From Vairimorpha necatrix (lineage: Eukaryota): a stretch of 64,000 nt of DNA. The stretch is from contig CP142730.1 in the NCBI GenBank assembly GCA_036630325.1, positions 186,001 through 250,000 of the forward strand, written 5' to 3'. The number at the start of each line of letters is the position of its first letter. Position 1 is the stretch's first letter. A program made the translations under genes and the position numbers. The notes under the pieces are model-generated. The model was not told the origin of the DNA, ran no database searches, and saw nothing but the letters and a program-made list of their open reading frames with translations. This document shows, in pieces, positions 24,641 to 39,112 of this stretch.

Positions 24641-27092
24641 TTAGATTATATTTGAAAGGAATCATAGAAGAAAGCATGAGTAGGTGGAATGCACCTATAG
24701 TAGTGGTTAAAAAACGCAAGGAGGACATTGGATGTGTAAAGATTATCGAGAATTAAATAATCGAACGGTAAAAGAAGTTTGCCAGCCTCTAACTATTGAG
24801 GTGTGCCTAATTCATTGAGTGGACCAGATATTTCACACAGTTAGATCTAGAAAAAGGGTATCATCAAGTGCCCATGGATCCAGAGTCACAAGAGTTGACA
24901 GCCTTTATGTCACCAGTAGGTAAGTTTCTATATAGAATGATACCTTTCGGTTTAACTAATGCCCGGCAACATTCCAGAGACTAATGTATGGAGTTTTCAG
25001 AAATTTAATAAAATTTAAAGTCGTAGTTTATATGGATGACATTACCATGTATAGTAAAACGCATGAAGATCACCACAGAGATGTAAGAGAGGTTCTTCAA
25101 GTCTTGTTAGCAAACGGACTTAAAATAAGTACTGAGAAAAGTGTGCTCTGCACGAAAAGAGTGAATTTATTAGGACAATCAGTAATGGACGGAAAGGTAT
25201 TCCTAGATGAAAAGAGATTAGGTCCTTTTAAAGATAAGCTAAAGATAGAAACCATTAAACAGTTACACTTATTTGTTGGCGGAATAGGCTACTTTAGAAA
25301 CTATTTTAAGAACTTTTCTAATAAAACATTTATTAAACGAAATAATCAATAAGAAAAGAGAATTTTCAAAAATCGAAGTCGAGAAAACTGTAAATGACCT
25401 ACGACTAGAATTAATAAATTCTGCGTTTTTTGAACTTTCAATTATAGAAGAGACATTTATGTTAGAAGCAGATGCATCAGATTATTGTATAGGCGGGGTT
25501 CTCGAACAGAAAAAGAATCAGAAGGATGTGGTCATCAGATTCTGTGGCAGAAATCTAATGCCTGCTGAGAGGAACTATCCTACACTTGAAAAGGAAACTT
25601 TTGAAATAATTTATGCTGTGAAGATTTTAAAAAACTATTTACATAAAAAATTTGTCATAAGAACGGATCACAAATCTCTTGTATGGCTTTATAAAGTCAA
25701 GAATCCACAAGGAAGGATTGCTAGATGGCTGATGTTCCTGGCAGATATGGAATTTATGATTGAATATAAGAAAGGGAAAGATAATTTAGTAGCAGACTGC
25801 CTTTCAGGAGTCCAATTAAAATCAATAACCAAGGAAGATGGCGATGGGGCAATTACGAAATTAATCTTAGAAGCTCATTCCTTAACTGGACATAGTTGTG
25901 TCAATAACACATACAATTTTTTGGAGATACATCATGCGGGATCAGGAATATCTCGAGATAAAGTTAAAAATATATTGAGAACATGTAAAACATGCTTAAA
26001 ATTCAAAAGGAACAGACCGCTCAAACAATATCATCAAATGTAAAAGGAACATTTATGAAAATTGGGATCGACTGCATCGGTCCACTGCCAAAGTCGAAAT
26101 CTAGACACAAATTCATTGTTCTTGCAACTGACTACTTTACCAAATGGGTTGAGGGTAAAGTTCTTAAAAAGAAATCGGCAGAAGAGATAGCAAGATTTCT
26201 AGTGGAAGACGTATTCTCAAGACATGAGACGGTCAATCCGACCAGGAGTGATCAGGGGTTAGAGTTTACAAATAAACTAGTAAACTAAGTAGCATTGTTA
26301 TGGGGAAGTAGATTTAAACATTCATCTCCATACCACCCCCAAGCTAATGGTCTTGCAGAGAGAACAAACTAGACTATGATAGAAAAAATATCAAAAGCCA
26401 TTGTAGATCATGAACAGAACTGGGATAGAGTATTCCAATATGTGTTAATGCAATATAGGATTGGGATAGTGGAACGCTTTAATGCGTCTCCCTTTATGTT
26501 ACTATACGGCAGAGAGCCTGTAGTTCCAAGCAATTTAATTGAGATACCATCAGACTTTGATTTATATTTTGTTGATCCAATTAAATATGTAAGACAGGAA
26601 AGATAGAAAATAAATATTATCAAGGAAAGAACAATGGAAGTAGAAGATAAGAAAAAGGCCAAGACGAACGAACAAAACTTAAATAAAGCAGACCCCAATG
26701 ACTTAGACAAAGGAGATACAGTTCTTCTAAAGAAACACGCACTATTGAAGAGAAAATTCGAATCACCATACGAAGATGAAGAGTTCGAAATTATCACTAA
26801 GAAAGGTAAAGGTGCTTATCAAATAAGAAGTTGTAATGGAGGAAAAAAAATTGATATTAATCGCAAAGATTTAGTTGCTGTAACAGAAACTGAAAAGATG
26901 ATATCTTATTTGATGAAGGGGAGAGTGTGGACGGCAGATAGTCCTGACCGATCAGATTGTCGTCTGACATCTGAAACATGATAATTCTGAAACAATGTTT
27001 TAGAATTAAATATAAATACATCCTCAAATTTATGAGGATAGGCAATAATAAAAAGAATACTTTAAAACCTCATATTTCGGCTAACGTCAACA
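24641..27092 (+). mobile_element. Ty3/Gypsy pol fragment (RT-RNaseH-integrase) + 3' LTR 26926-27092
   Basis: WNAPIVVV, VYMDD, EADASD, RTDHKSL, GIDCIGPLP, SDQGLEF. PPT GAAGGGGAGAG, then TGTGGACG...CGTCAACA. Confidence 0.9.
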
Positions 27093-29669
27093 AATATCTA
27101 AACAAGTAACACTAGAGAAGAAAGCTTTTGATCCTTAAGGAAAGATCCCTATAAAGAGACTTTGGAGGTAGTAAACAATAACAAATGGTGCAAATACCAC
27201 AAGAAGAATGATCACGTTTCAAGAGACTGCGAGACTTATCAGAAATATATAGGGGAAAAATTAAGAATAGGGATAAAAAACAGAAAAGAGAAACTAAGAA
27301 CTTAATAATTAGCGAGAAAGGAGTAAATACTAAATTCCCCGAACTACAAGGGGTAATTAAAGAATATCAAACATCATTTTTTATGGACTCGAAAGCTATA
27401 AAAAATTTCATAAGGAGAGAAGTCGCCCTTAAGCTCAAAGTATCAATCGTCGAAGATTTTCCGATAAGTATTAAATACGGGAATGACGATATGGAAGAAT
27501 GTACTGAGACAGTCAACTAGAAAATCAAAATAAGATGGCCTAGACCAAGCCACATAGTTAAATTTTATTTACTGAATAACTTACCGTCGAATTTGTATTA
27601 GGAAACGAATTTCCTAGTAGTAACGAAGTAATAATGAACTATAAGAATCAGACCATAATAATCAACGGTGATGTGATCAGTACAAAAAACCAAGAAGACA
27701 GTGAAGCAGACAGCGAAGATATAGATAAAAGTTTAATTGAAAGCCTGTATCTGTCTTTAAAAAATCTTAATAACGACGAATTAAAACGTTTCATTTTTGC
27801 ATATGTAAAAACCAATTCTTTTTATAAACAAATGAAAATAGCGCCGATAGAAATAAGGATGAGACAAGACTATAAAACATCTTATCCAAAATTCTAAGTG
27901 TTCCACATAAACATACAGTCGGAGCAAAACGAGAATTACAAAGGTTACTAGAAAATGATATAATCTAACTCTCAGATTCGCCATATGCCAGCCCGGCATT
28001 TTTAATAGAAAAAAAGAATAAAGATTTGAGACTGGTTGTTGATTATAGAGAAATCAACGAATATGTCATAGATGAGGTCGCGGAAATACCCAATATAACA
28101 GAAAATATTATGCTAATGGGAAGTGCTAAATGGTATACAAAAATTAGTTTGAAGAACGGGGTTAACCAACTATACATAAAACCTCAAAGCTGGAAGTTTA
28201 CATTATTAAGAAGACAATACCAATACAAAAGGGTCCCATTTGGAATTCGTTCAATATCCTTAAATTTTTAAAAAAACAATCATCAAAATACTAGAAGATA
28301 TAGATAACATATTTGTTTACATTGATGACATAATAGCCTTTGCACCAGACCTTGAAAGTCATATAAAAACCGTCTCAAAAATTTTAAGAAGACTCAAAAG
28401 TTATGAAGTTGCAATAAATTTCGAAAAAGCGAGTTTACATATAATACCACTATACTGGGAAACGTGTTTTGTGAAAATACTATGAAACCAGAACTAACGA
28501 GCATTGATGAATTTGTTAGCACTCAGAAACCCTAAATCAAAAAGGAGCTGCAAAAACAATTGACATAATGAACTAAACAGACCTTATGTTTCTAACTTGA
28601 GTGATAAAATTGCGAACATTACTGAACTGCTAAAGAACACAAATACGGGAATACTTTGGACGGAAAAACACACAGATATAGGTGCGCAAATCACAGTTGA
28701 TATTAGTAAAGCTACACTTAAGTTGCCGGACTACACGAAGAAATTTGTTATTAATGCGACGCTTCAAATAATGGTATAGGAAGTGTACTCTTTCGAGAAG
28801 GAGGAATACTTGGATACTACAGAAGAAGCTAAACAGTACCGAAAAGAACCACTAAATAAACGAAAAGGAATTTTTTGCTATCATTAAGACACTAAATCAT
28901 TTTAGAAATATCATATTAGGTTACTATGTAGAGGTATTTACTGAGAATAAAAACTGTTTACTGCTTAACAAGCAAATCTCTAGTAGAATTGAAAGGTGGA
29001 AGTTAATATTGAACCAGTTCAATATCAAAATAACCTCTATATCTGGCACAGAGAACGTAATAGCTGTCAGCTTATCTAGAAATTTAATATTAACGACAAG
29101 TCAAGAAGCTATGGATAAAACGAGATACTTAAATGAACTTAATCAGTTTGTTGTGAAAACAAAAGAAACCCACAATGTTTGGACTAAAGACAATAAAAAC
29201 AAAATAATAATAGATAATGATCAGTCAAGATTTTTTTTGGATTATATGCATTGAAGAACTATACACGTTGGCTCTACAATTCTTTACAACAATATTAAGC
29301 AGATATTCAAAATTACAGGTGTCAATATGTTTTTAAAGAAATTTCAAGCAACTGTATCAATTGAATCAGAACGAAAAATAATAAAAAAAACCTATCTTAT
29401 AATAGTATTGCAGCCTCTGCACCGTTCGAAAAGATATCGTGTGACATCTATGGACCATTTAGTCTAGAGAACTACATACATAAAGGTACATGTCATAAGG
29501 GATTTTATTATCACTATTATAGACGTATATACGAGAACGCTAAGAGTATATTTTACATATAAGGTTACAGCGGAGAATAATTACATGTATTTAAGACTGG
29601 ATAGGAGTTTTTGGAAGGCCTAAGACCTTTATATCTGACGATGGAACTCAATATGATTTAGAGAAGTTA

Positions 29670-30936
29670 CAGGGGTTTGCATTTTTATAGTCCATTTTTT
29701 TAAAAAACCCCTCTAATGCCTAGAAATTCAAGATCTACAGTCACTCCAGATGTCTTAAAACTTATTGAAAAACATATAAAAAATGAAAACTTGACATTAA
29801 AAGATATGTCTACTACATTAGATTTAAGTTATAAAACAGTTTGGAGGATACATGGGAAAATGTTGGAGGGAGAATTTATTTGTTCTACAAGTACAATAAA
29901 TCGTATCAAAGTATCATCTCCTAGTGTATTAAAGCCTATCGAACTTGTTCTAAAAACATACTTGCACGTAGTAATGACAAGACTCTTAGTGAAATCAAAG
30001 AAGAACTAAATACTTTAGCAAATGTTTCAATGTCTTTATTTACTATTTCTCGAAAGTTGAAATATCTCAATATTACAAGAAAAAGACAATCTCTAATTCC
30101 TGCAGAGCGTAATTCACTGGACAAAATTGATAAAAGAGCTGAATATGCCATGGAAATATCGGGGTATCTACTAGAAAATCCGACTTTTTGGATGAAACTG
30201 GATTTAATGCCCATACCACAAGGCATTATTGGTTTCTTATAAAAAAGCATTCAAAACAGTCCCCGCAAATTGAGGTAAAAATTTAAGTTGTCTTTACGTG
30301 ATTTCAAAATCAAATATTATAGCATACGAAATGAAAAGAGGCGCATACAATTCTGCTCTATTCGTCGAATTTATTGAAAGGCATCTTGTAGATTTTTTCT
30401 AAACAAATCCTCAAAAGAATTTAATAATGGATAATACTAAATTTCTTCATTCAAGAGAAGTTTTGGATAATCTAAGAGAATTGGGCATATCTTATGTTTT
30501 TTTGCTTCTATATTCCCCACAACTTACTCCCGTTGAAAATTTTTTTTTCTATGATAACTTCGAGGTTTTGTGCTGTACAAAACTCAAATAATACAGTAGA
30601 AACAGATTTGGAGCAAGTGCTGAAGACAGATTTTAGCCTTTCGTGTAATGGATTCTACACTAATATGGTAAGATGGCTAGAAATGGCAAGGCAGAAAAAC
30701 GAGTTTATCTAATTAAATGAAGATTGTATATTATTTACACATAATTCTATTAATTGTTCATTGTATCAAATTCTAAGTTTTTTGTTATTTTTTTTCAAAA
30801 GTTGGACTATAAAAATGCAAAAGTTGGACTATAGAAATGCAAAAGTTGGACTATAAAAATGCAAAAGTTGGACTATAGAAATGCAAAAGTTGGACTATAG
30901 AAATGCAAAAGTTGGACTATAAAAATGCAAACCCCT
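29670..30936 (+). mobile_element. Tc1/IS630-like DNA transposon (transposase pseudogene 29716-30712)
   Basis: TA-flanked TIR CAGGGGTTTGCATTTTTATAGTCCA. Six 22-bp subterminal repeats at ~30797-30930. HTH-like N-terminus and a MDN...YSPQL.PVE segment. Removing it restores the host integrase reading (EKL|IKYC). Confidence 0.9.
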
Positions 30937-31465
30937 TAATTAAATATTGTGCAGATCACGAAAAACAAAAGATAGCAACTCCTATAAAACACCCAAGTAG
31001 TAATAATATCAGTGAGAGTCTGGACCAAACAATCACGCAATGCCTCAGGTTATATAAAGGTAGAAATCTGAAATCCGCATCAGAAGGAATCCACGTAAGA
31101 CATAACCACGACTATAATACTGCACTTAAAGTTTCTCAAACTACTTTGTTAATAGAACACAGTCCATATGATCATTTGGGATTAAAACTGGAAAATTACA
31201 AAAAAGCTTTAGGAAAATACCGAGAAGTCGGGCGTAAATAGGAAGTTTTCAGTTTTCAAAATAGGTCAACAAGTTTTCGTCAGAAACTTTAAAGCAAAAA
31301 AATTAGATGATGTATATTTAGGACCAGTTACAGTAACTAACGCAGGAAAGAAAAGAAAAGTGGTATAAGTTCGAAGGATTTGAAAATAAAAAACATGAAG
31401 ATGATATCAAATTCGGAGGAGTGGGCAGGATGAGATGTCCTTTATTAATGAATGTGAAACATCAT

Positions 31466-34400
31466 TGTCGTGGCCAGTACAGGACCCACAAAATATGATA
31501 CAATTGTCGCAAGATGATTGGTCAATTAAAATATATAAATTCATGCTGGAAGGGGGGATGAAAAATTTCAATAAACGATTTAACAACATGGCGACAACGA
31601 CCAACAACATTAACTATTTCGCAGGGGATCCAGAAAAGGATATAAATATCTGGATAAGAGATATGATGATCTTGGGTGAAGTGGCAGAATGGTCTGAAAA
31701 AGATCTGGGAAGGCTTTTGTATGGAAGATGAAAGGAACGGCTTTGTCTTGGGTTCACAAGTTTTAGGAGGGGAAATTGGCACCATTGGACTATAAGAACT
31801 GATTTCTATGATGAAAAAAGGGTCTGGATCTAATAAAAATAATGATATTACTCTTAGTAGATTTAGAGACCCACGCCTGAGACCAGGGAGGAATATTCAA
31901 AGATGTTGTATGAAGCAACAATTATATTTGAAAGACACTTAATTAACTTTCCAGCTTTATGTCAGATGGTAATAAACAAATCGCCCATAGAAATTAAAGC
32001 GATACTATTACAGGCAGCTTCAAATGTGGAAACATGGGAAGATTTCATTCAGAGAGCTGAAGAAATGGCATGGATACCATATCCAGATAAAATTTTATCA
32101 AGGGTCAAAGTAAGACCAGATAGAACTATAAAAAATAATGGAAATTATGGCAGAGGGCTATACAACAATAATGATTTTGGCAGAGGGCCAAATAACAAGG
32201 GAAATTACGGCAGAGGTCCAAATAACAGCGTAAATTACGGCAGAGGACTAAACAACCAAAAATATTGCATGTTACATGGGGAAGGATTTCATTATACAGA
32301 AATGATTGAGACTCATTGAAATGTTGGAAAATATCCGTAAAAGAATTTTGACGAAGAAGGTTAATATTAATGAGGAACAAATTGAAAAGGATAATTACGA
32401 TTTGGACAATAAAAACAGTTTTAATTACTTGTTTGAGGCCATAGACAGAAGTAACCCATTTCTTCTCGAAGGCATTCTATACAATAATAAAAGGAAAATT
32501 CTTTTAGACACGGGAGCAGACGTCTCGATAATAGACCAAAAAGACATACCATAACATTTATAATAACAGATATTTAATTACTCGGGAATCGTTAAAGGAG
32601 CGGTAAGTCGGCCTTTAAACATAATAGACCTAATAAAAAACTGTGTTGTCAATATAAATGGTAGAGATATTACGTTTTCTCCTCTTATAATGAAAAATAC
32701 AAAATTTATATGAAGGGTCAGAGGTTATCAAAACAAACACAGAGTTAATTATTGAATTAATCAGAACATTTAAATTGGGACATGAAAAACAAGTCGTAAC
32801 CGTTATAGAGGCGAATGAGGCTCTCATTAAGGAAGAATATAAGGATTTTTTTAAAACGGAGATAAGCGAATTTAATCTTTGTACTGCAGGAAAACATGGC
32901 GTGCAAACAACTAGTAATAAGATAATCTGTCAGAGAAATGGCAGGATCCCTATTGCACAGCAGAAAATAATAGAACCTGAAATAAATAAATTGTTAAAGT
33001 TAGGTATAATAAGGGATAGTAAAAGCCCATGGTGTAGCAGGATAGTAATGGTCCCGAAGCCAGACAAAACTTAGAGGATATGCATAGATTACAGAGAATT
33101 AAATGCAATCACTATTAAGGACTCATATATGTCTCCAAGGATTGACGAGATTTTTGACCGTGTTGCAGGGGCATCGATTTTCACTGTGTTAGACGCTATG
33201 TGTGGATTCCAACAATTGCTCATGGAAGAAGAAGATAAAAAGAAGACAGCATTCTCATTTAAAGGAAGACTTTATGAATACAACAGAATGCCCTTCGGTC
33301 TATGCAATGATCCTGCGACCTTCCAAAGAGCCATGGGCAATATTTTTAGAATGGAAAACAGAAAATTTGTAATACCATACCTAGATGACATCATAATATA
33401 CTCCAGAACGAAAGTATAACACAACGTACACGTAAAAATAGTATTAGGAAAAATAAGAGCTTTAGGATTATCATTAAACATAAAAAAATGTAAATTCTAC
33501 AAGAATGAAATCAAAATATTAGGAGATATTATTGGAAATAGATGCATTAACGTAGACACAGATAAAATTAGCCATATTTGAACTTACCCAATCCCCACGT
33601 CTATTAAAGAGCTCAGAGGTTTCTTGGGAACAGTTATTTATTGTAGAGACTTCGTGAAGGAGATAGAATCACTTACTGATCCATTATATGACATACTTAG
33701 AGGGGAGAGACAAAACTCAAGTAAAAAAAATCACACTTACGGAAGATCAATTGGCTGCTTATTAGAACTAAACGCCAAATGAAAAAAAAATACTGTACGA
33801 ACTCAACCGAACTTTAAAAAGGATTTTATACTTATGACAGATGCCTCGGACTCGGGTATTGGAGCAGTGTTACTACAGGAGAACGATCATGGAGAAGAGA
33901 AAATGATATCCGCGTTTAGTAAAAGATTAGATAATTGTCAGAAAAATTATTCAGTGACGGATAAAGAATTACTAGCCTTGGTTAAAGAAATTAACCACTT
34001 TAGACATACTTATTAGGAAGGAAGTTTAAACTTAGAATGGACCACGAAGCTCTCATACATTTAATGAGCACAAAAGACCCTTCTAGTAGGCTGCTCAGGT
34101 GGTCCTTAAACCTCGCAGAATACAACTTTGAATTGGAACATATAAAAGGGGCAAACAACATTGCCGATGGATTTAGTAGGTTTTATAAGAGTGAAGAAAT
34201 AAATAACATTAACGCCGAAGAACTGGACAACAAAGATAAAGAGGACATAATAACAAAATATCATAGGATTTCCGGACATGGGTCAGTTAACACAATGAAG
34301 TTTATGATTTCCCGAAACTACAATTGGAAAGGAATGTATAAGGATATAGAAAATTTTTGCTCAAAATGTAGTATCTGTCAAGAGCAGAAGGACCAAAGAT

Positions 34401-35359
34401 TAAAACAAAAAATAAGGTAATCTGCACAGATAAGCCAAACGAAGTGTGGGAAATTAATTTAATGGGCAGAATATATAAAGTCTCAGGTTCAAAATATGTT
34501 TTCGTAGCGATAGATCATTACACGAAATGGATAGAAACCAAAATAATCAAAAATAAAACAGGGCACGAAATATACAAAGCTATCGAAGGGCTAATTTTAA
34601 AAAAAACATGGAATCCTGATACAATTTTGACGGAAATGGGTTAGAATTCAACAATAAACAAGTGCTATCACTTCAAAACAAATATAATATCAAGTGGGAA
34701 TTTGGGTCCTCATACCATCACCAATCAACAGGAGCAGTGGAACGAGTAACCAGACTCTAAAAAAACGTAATAAGAAGGTTGTCTTGCTTTGGAGAATTAA
34801 ATTAAAGTCTTTTTTAAAGGAAGCTACACTAGCGGTTAATTTGTCATTTAACCGCGCAATAGGAACATCTCCATACATAATGAAGCATGGACACCAACTA
34901 ATGACAGAAATAGATAAGAGATTAAATATTAAGCTAGAAATGTATTCAAAACAATACTTTGTAGAAAAGAGAGATAAAAATTTTATTAAATACAAAAAAA
35001 GCATAGCCAAGGGACATAAAGACGTAAAAACAAAATTTAATATCGGGGAACGCGTGATCATTTTTTGATATATCCCAGGCAAAGATAAATTAAGTTCCAA
35101 ATGAACACACGGTTATAAGATATCCGGAATAATCAACAAAGATGCATATATGGTAAAAAGAACCGATAACAACGGAGAATTAAGGGTAAATTAATGTCAT
35201 ATAAAACGGGATACTTCTCAAATTAGTTGAGGGTGCGTCGTGGCCAGTACAGGGGCCACAAAATATGATACAATTGTCGCAAGATGATTGGTCAATTAAA
35301 ATATATAAATTCATGCTGGAAGGAGGGAAAGGAAAATATCAATAAACAATTTAACGACA
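31466..35359 (+). mobile_element. Full-length but degenerate Ty3/Gypsy element with ~123-bp LTRs
   Basis: LTRs 31466-31588 and 35236-35359, TSD ATCAT, PBS TGGCGACAAC. Gag, protease LLDTGAD, RT YLDD, RNase H TDASD, integrase HRISGH..C..C. Confidence 0.93.
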
Positions 35360-35864
35360 ATCATCATATTAATCATTTAGTTTATAATATTTTCTCAAAC
35401 TAAATGTCATTTGTTTGTTTACAAACAATTAAACTTTTAAAATATTTAAAAAAGGCCCCTCACCACAAGAGAGGATGATAAGGAACCAAAGCAATAAAAA
35501 ACATAACACTATAAACAATATTTACAAACATCAAAATTTTAATCTCATTGAGACGTACCTCCGCTTGGGGTACGTCAATTAGCGAGAAGTTTGATTAAGT
35601 GGTACAGTTTTATTACTTTTTTTAGAATAGTAATATTTTTACTTTTTTATAAGATTCTTCTTTTCGATTGTATATAACGTCCTCTTCTCTATTTGAATTA
35701 TGTATGATTTAGATAGTCTAATTATTTGCAAACAGAAAGTATATCTATTAGGGGAAAATTCAAAAATATATCAATTCAATTGTTTTTTAGAAAGGTTATA
35801 TTTAAATGATCATTCACCCCATCTTATGAAAAATATTTTCATCTCTGGAATATTCAAAAAATAT

Positions 35865-36956
35865 GGTTAAGTTCTCGACTTACCCCCCTCCCCACCCCTA
35901 AAAAAAAACAAAAAAATTATTCCACAATTGTAAAATCTATTTCAGGAATAATATCATATGCTACAATACTAAAATTACCTATTTCAAAAAATTCTAACAT
36001 TTTATCTAATAGATTTTCACGATATATTAATTTGAATCTATTAATGTAAATCTTTCTTACAAGATTCATAATAGTACCATGACTAGTTCCGCTTTTTCTT
36101 AGTTCTCTTTTAAGAACCGACCACATTCCCTCTATAGTCTGAGTATGCATACCAGTTATATTATCCACAAAATTTTGGCTGTGATTCACAGTCAAATGTA
36201 GATACTCATATTCTACATAGATATTTGAATATCACTATAGCCGCGCCAACAATCTGTCACAATTGTGGTCCCCGGAGCAATTTTTCTTGTGATTAATTCA
36301 ACAAGAGTAGCTCTTGTTCTATTTTCTACGAGCTCAAAGAAAAAAGAATTTGCATCCCCTCTCACAACGCCTCCAACTGCCCATACTTGATATTGAAGAA
36401 CCCTTCCCGCATGGTTTTTACTTTTTACAAGTAAAGTTTCATCAATTTCAACAATATAACCGACGACGCCAATCGTTTGATTGTTTATATATGTTAAATA
36501 GCAGACGTACACGACGTTATTAAAACGCGTAAACCATCTTGATACCGTACATTTACCTATATCAAGTTCTAACGTGGCGGCCAAATTACTTGAACCCTTT
36601 ACCCATTCGCAAAGCAATATTAAAAGATCCTCAAAAGGCAATTTTGAGTTCTTTAAAACGCTTTGTTTCATTATGGTTCCTTTATTAGAACATTTTTTAC
36701 CATCACGTCTTGAATAACAACGATAGTTTTCAGTGTTGGTCCGATTTTGAGTCATTGGTATATTGCATTTATTGCACATGGGGACCCACAAAATGTTTTT
36801 TGCAATTAAAAATTGCATTAACTCATTTTTTTATAGATGAGTTTTCTAAATTCTTTAATTCTCATTATGGGTCAAATAATTTATTTTTTTATTTTTTCCC
36901 CTTTTTTATTTTTTTTTATTTTCTTGGGGGGGGGGTGGGAAGTCGAGAACTTAACC
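35865..36956 (-). mobile_element. Merlin (ISXO2-like) DNA transposon, family A
   Basis: TIR GGTTAAGTTCTCGACTT, 8-bp TSD AAAAATAT. Transposase VEIDET, TDCWRGY, VNHS, HTQTIEGMW is frameshifted. Confidence 0.95.
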
Positions 36957-36996
36957 AAAAATATAGTATCCTAAAATGAAATTTTTTCATCGTTAA

Positions 36997-37627
36997 TGTG
37001 GTATTATAAATACCACAAATTATTTATTTATATTGTATCTGTGATGTTATGGACTACATCACAATAACAGGTGTCAATATTATCATCTGTCAAATATTTC
37101 ATCCATGACATGTCGAATCGTCAATAAATTAACAAACAAAGGAATATTGTAAAAACATGCTCACAAATGGAAAAGCACTAATCTTTATCAAAATTGTTGA
37201 ACGCAAGTTTAAATTAAAAATAAAATATAAAAAGAAGTTTGTTGTGAAGGGTATGGAATATCAGAGGAATAGAAACACCATCAATAAAACCATTAATATT
37301 AACAATATTTTAGAAAGCTATTTTAAATATAGCAAAGTCCCGTCTATACAGGACAGTATCAATTTTCCCTTTTTGGAAAATAGATCATTCGACCGGTCTA
37401 TTCCAAAAATCGAATATTTATTTCTTTTTTTGCCCTGACCCCCACACCAGATTATGAAATTCACAAGCGATCAGTACCCTTGGAAAAATAGACCAAGGAA
37501 GGGAGGGCTACCAAGCCAGGGATCAGTATCCCATTACTGATGCCCAACGAGGGTCATCTAATATTAATAAAATCATTAAAAACATTGAATTATACTTATC
37601 CAGAGGTAGCTCCTCTGGGCTACGTCA
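36997..37627. mobile_element. Solo LTR carrying a nested solo LTR
   Basis: TGTGGT...CGTCA with TSD GTTAA. Confidence 0.75.
37040..37355. mobile_element. Solo LTR (TGTGATG family)
   Basis: TGTGATG...GGACA with TSD GTATC. Homologous to the copies at 37668 and 53040. Confidence 0.85.
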
Positions 37628-37929
37628 GTTAAGATCATATAATTTCACAATAAAATGTTAACTTAATTGTGATGTACATTACTACATCACATAAACAGAT
37701 GTCAAAACCATCATCTGTCACTGATGTCCAAAGACATGTAAACCATTTCAAGTGGCCTTCAAGACGAGTCACATAAACAAATAAATAAACGAAAGTTGCA
37801 TGGCCGTTACTACATTCGTAAGTACGCCAATGTTTGTGTTTAGTGTTGACAAAGAATAATTAAATAAATGAAAATATAAAAGAAAGTCTGCCTTTGAAGG
37901 GTATGGAATATCAGAGAAATAGAATAACC

Positions 37930-39087
37930 GGTTAAATTGCGATGTTACCCCCCCCCCCCCACCCCCTAAAAAAATATAAAAAAGGGCAAAAAATAAAAAA
38001 AAGGGGAAACTAAAATTTATTCAATTAATTCAAAATCAAATTCGGGCGCTAAATCGTAATTTAAAAATGATATATTATCAATCTCAAAAAAGCATAACAT
38101 TCTTTCAAGTAGTGATTCTCTATAAATTAACTTAAAACGAGCTATATAAAGTTTTCGAATGAGATTCATTAAAGAACCATGGCTTGTTCCTTCTTTGCGC
38201 AATTCCCTTTTAATTACAGACCACATTCCCTCAATTGTTTGGGTGTGGGCGCCTGTTGTTGGATTTACAAAATTTTGGCTATGATTTACAGTTAAATGTA
38301 AATAGTTATAATCCAGACATAGTTCCGAAAACCCTTCATACACCGCCAACAATCAGTAATAATTGTAGATCCGGGTCGATTTTTCGTTTTTCTAATCGAC
38401 AAGAGTAGTTCTTGATCGATTTTCAACAATTTCGAAAAAAAAAGAATTGTTGTCTCCTCTTACTACTCCACCACAACCCAAACTTTTTATTGAAGGATTC
38501 TACCGTTATGGTTTTTACTTTTAACAAGCAATGTCACGTCTATTTCAACTACGCAATTTAAACCTCCTATGGTTTTGTTTTGAAGGTAGTTGAAATAGTA
38601 TAAGAATACAGCGTTATTAAAACGCGTAAATCTGCGAGATACGACACTACTATCTATATCCAATTCGATAGTAGCCGAAACATTGCTTACACCTTTAACC
38701 TATTCACACAGCAAAATTAAAAGATCTTCGATATCAAATCTAGAACTTTTAAAAATGCTTTCTTTGTAAATGTTACCTTTGTTTGAGCATTTTCTCCCAT
38801 TTCGTCGTAAGTAACAACGATATTTGTCCAAATTAGTTCTGATTTTGGTCATGGGTGTCATGCACTTATTGCACATTGATACCTTTAATATATTTTTTTC
38901 AAGAAGAAATGTAATTAATTCCTATTTTTGGTATATTAATTTATTAAAATTTTTGATGTTCGTTTTAGGGGTATAATTTTATTCCTTTTTATTTTCCCCT
39001 TTTTTTATTTTTTCCCCTTTTTTTTATTTTTTCCCCTTTTTTTTATTTTTTTAGGGGTGGGGGGGGGGGTAACATCGCAATTTAACC
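37930..39087 (-). mobile_element. Merlin DNA transposon, family A2 (pseudogene)
   Basis: TIR GGTTAAATTGCGATGTTACCCC, 8-bp TSD GAATAACC. Transposase VNHSQNF..HTQTIEGMW. Confidence 0.95.
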
Positions 39088-39112
39088 GAATAACCATCAA
39101 TAAAATATATAA

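Larger units (their letters stand above)
27093..35547 (+). mobile_element. Degenerate Ty3/Gypsy element with nested Tc1 and Gypsy; 3' LTR 31431-35547 split by an insertion
   Basis: Gag knuckle KWCKYHKKNDHVSRDC, RLVVDYR, YIDD, CDIYGP. PPT GGAGGAGTGGGCAGGA, then TGAGAT...ATCTCA termini. Confidence 0.8.

Noticed and set aside
30797-30930. 22-bp direct repeats (also ~44008-44075 and ~45125-45225) as a CRISPR-like array
   Set aside because: No spacers. They are subterminal repeats of Tc1-like TIRs in a eukaryotic genome.
4982-37360. Same TSD GTATC for two different solo LTR families, as evidence of site specificity
   Set aside because: The other LTR TSDs in the window differ (ATCAT, TATAA, CATTT, CATAT, GTTAA). 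Too few sites to claim a preference.
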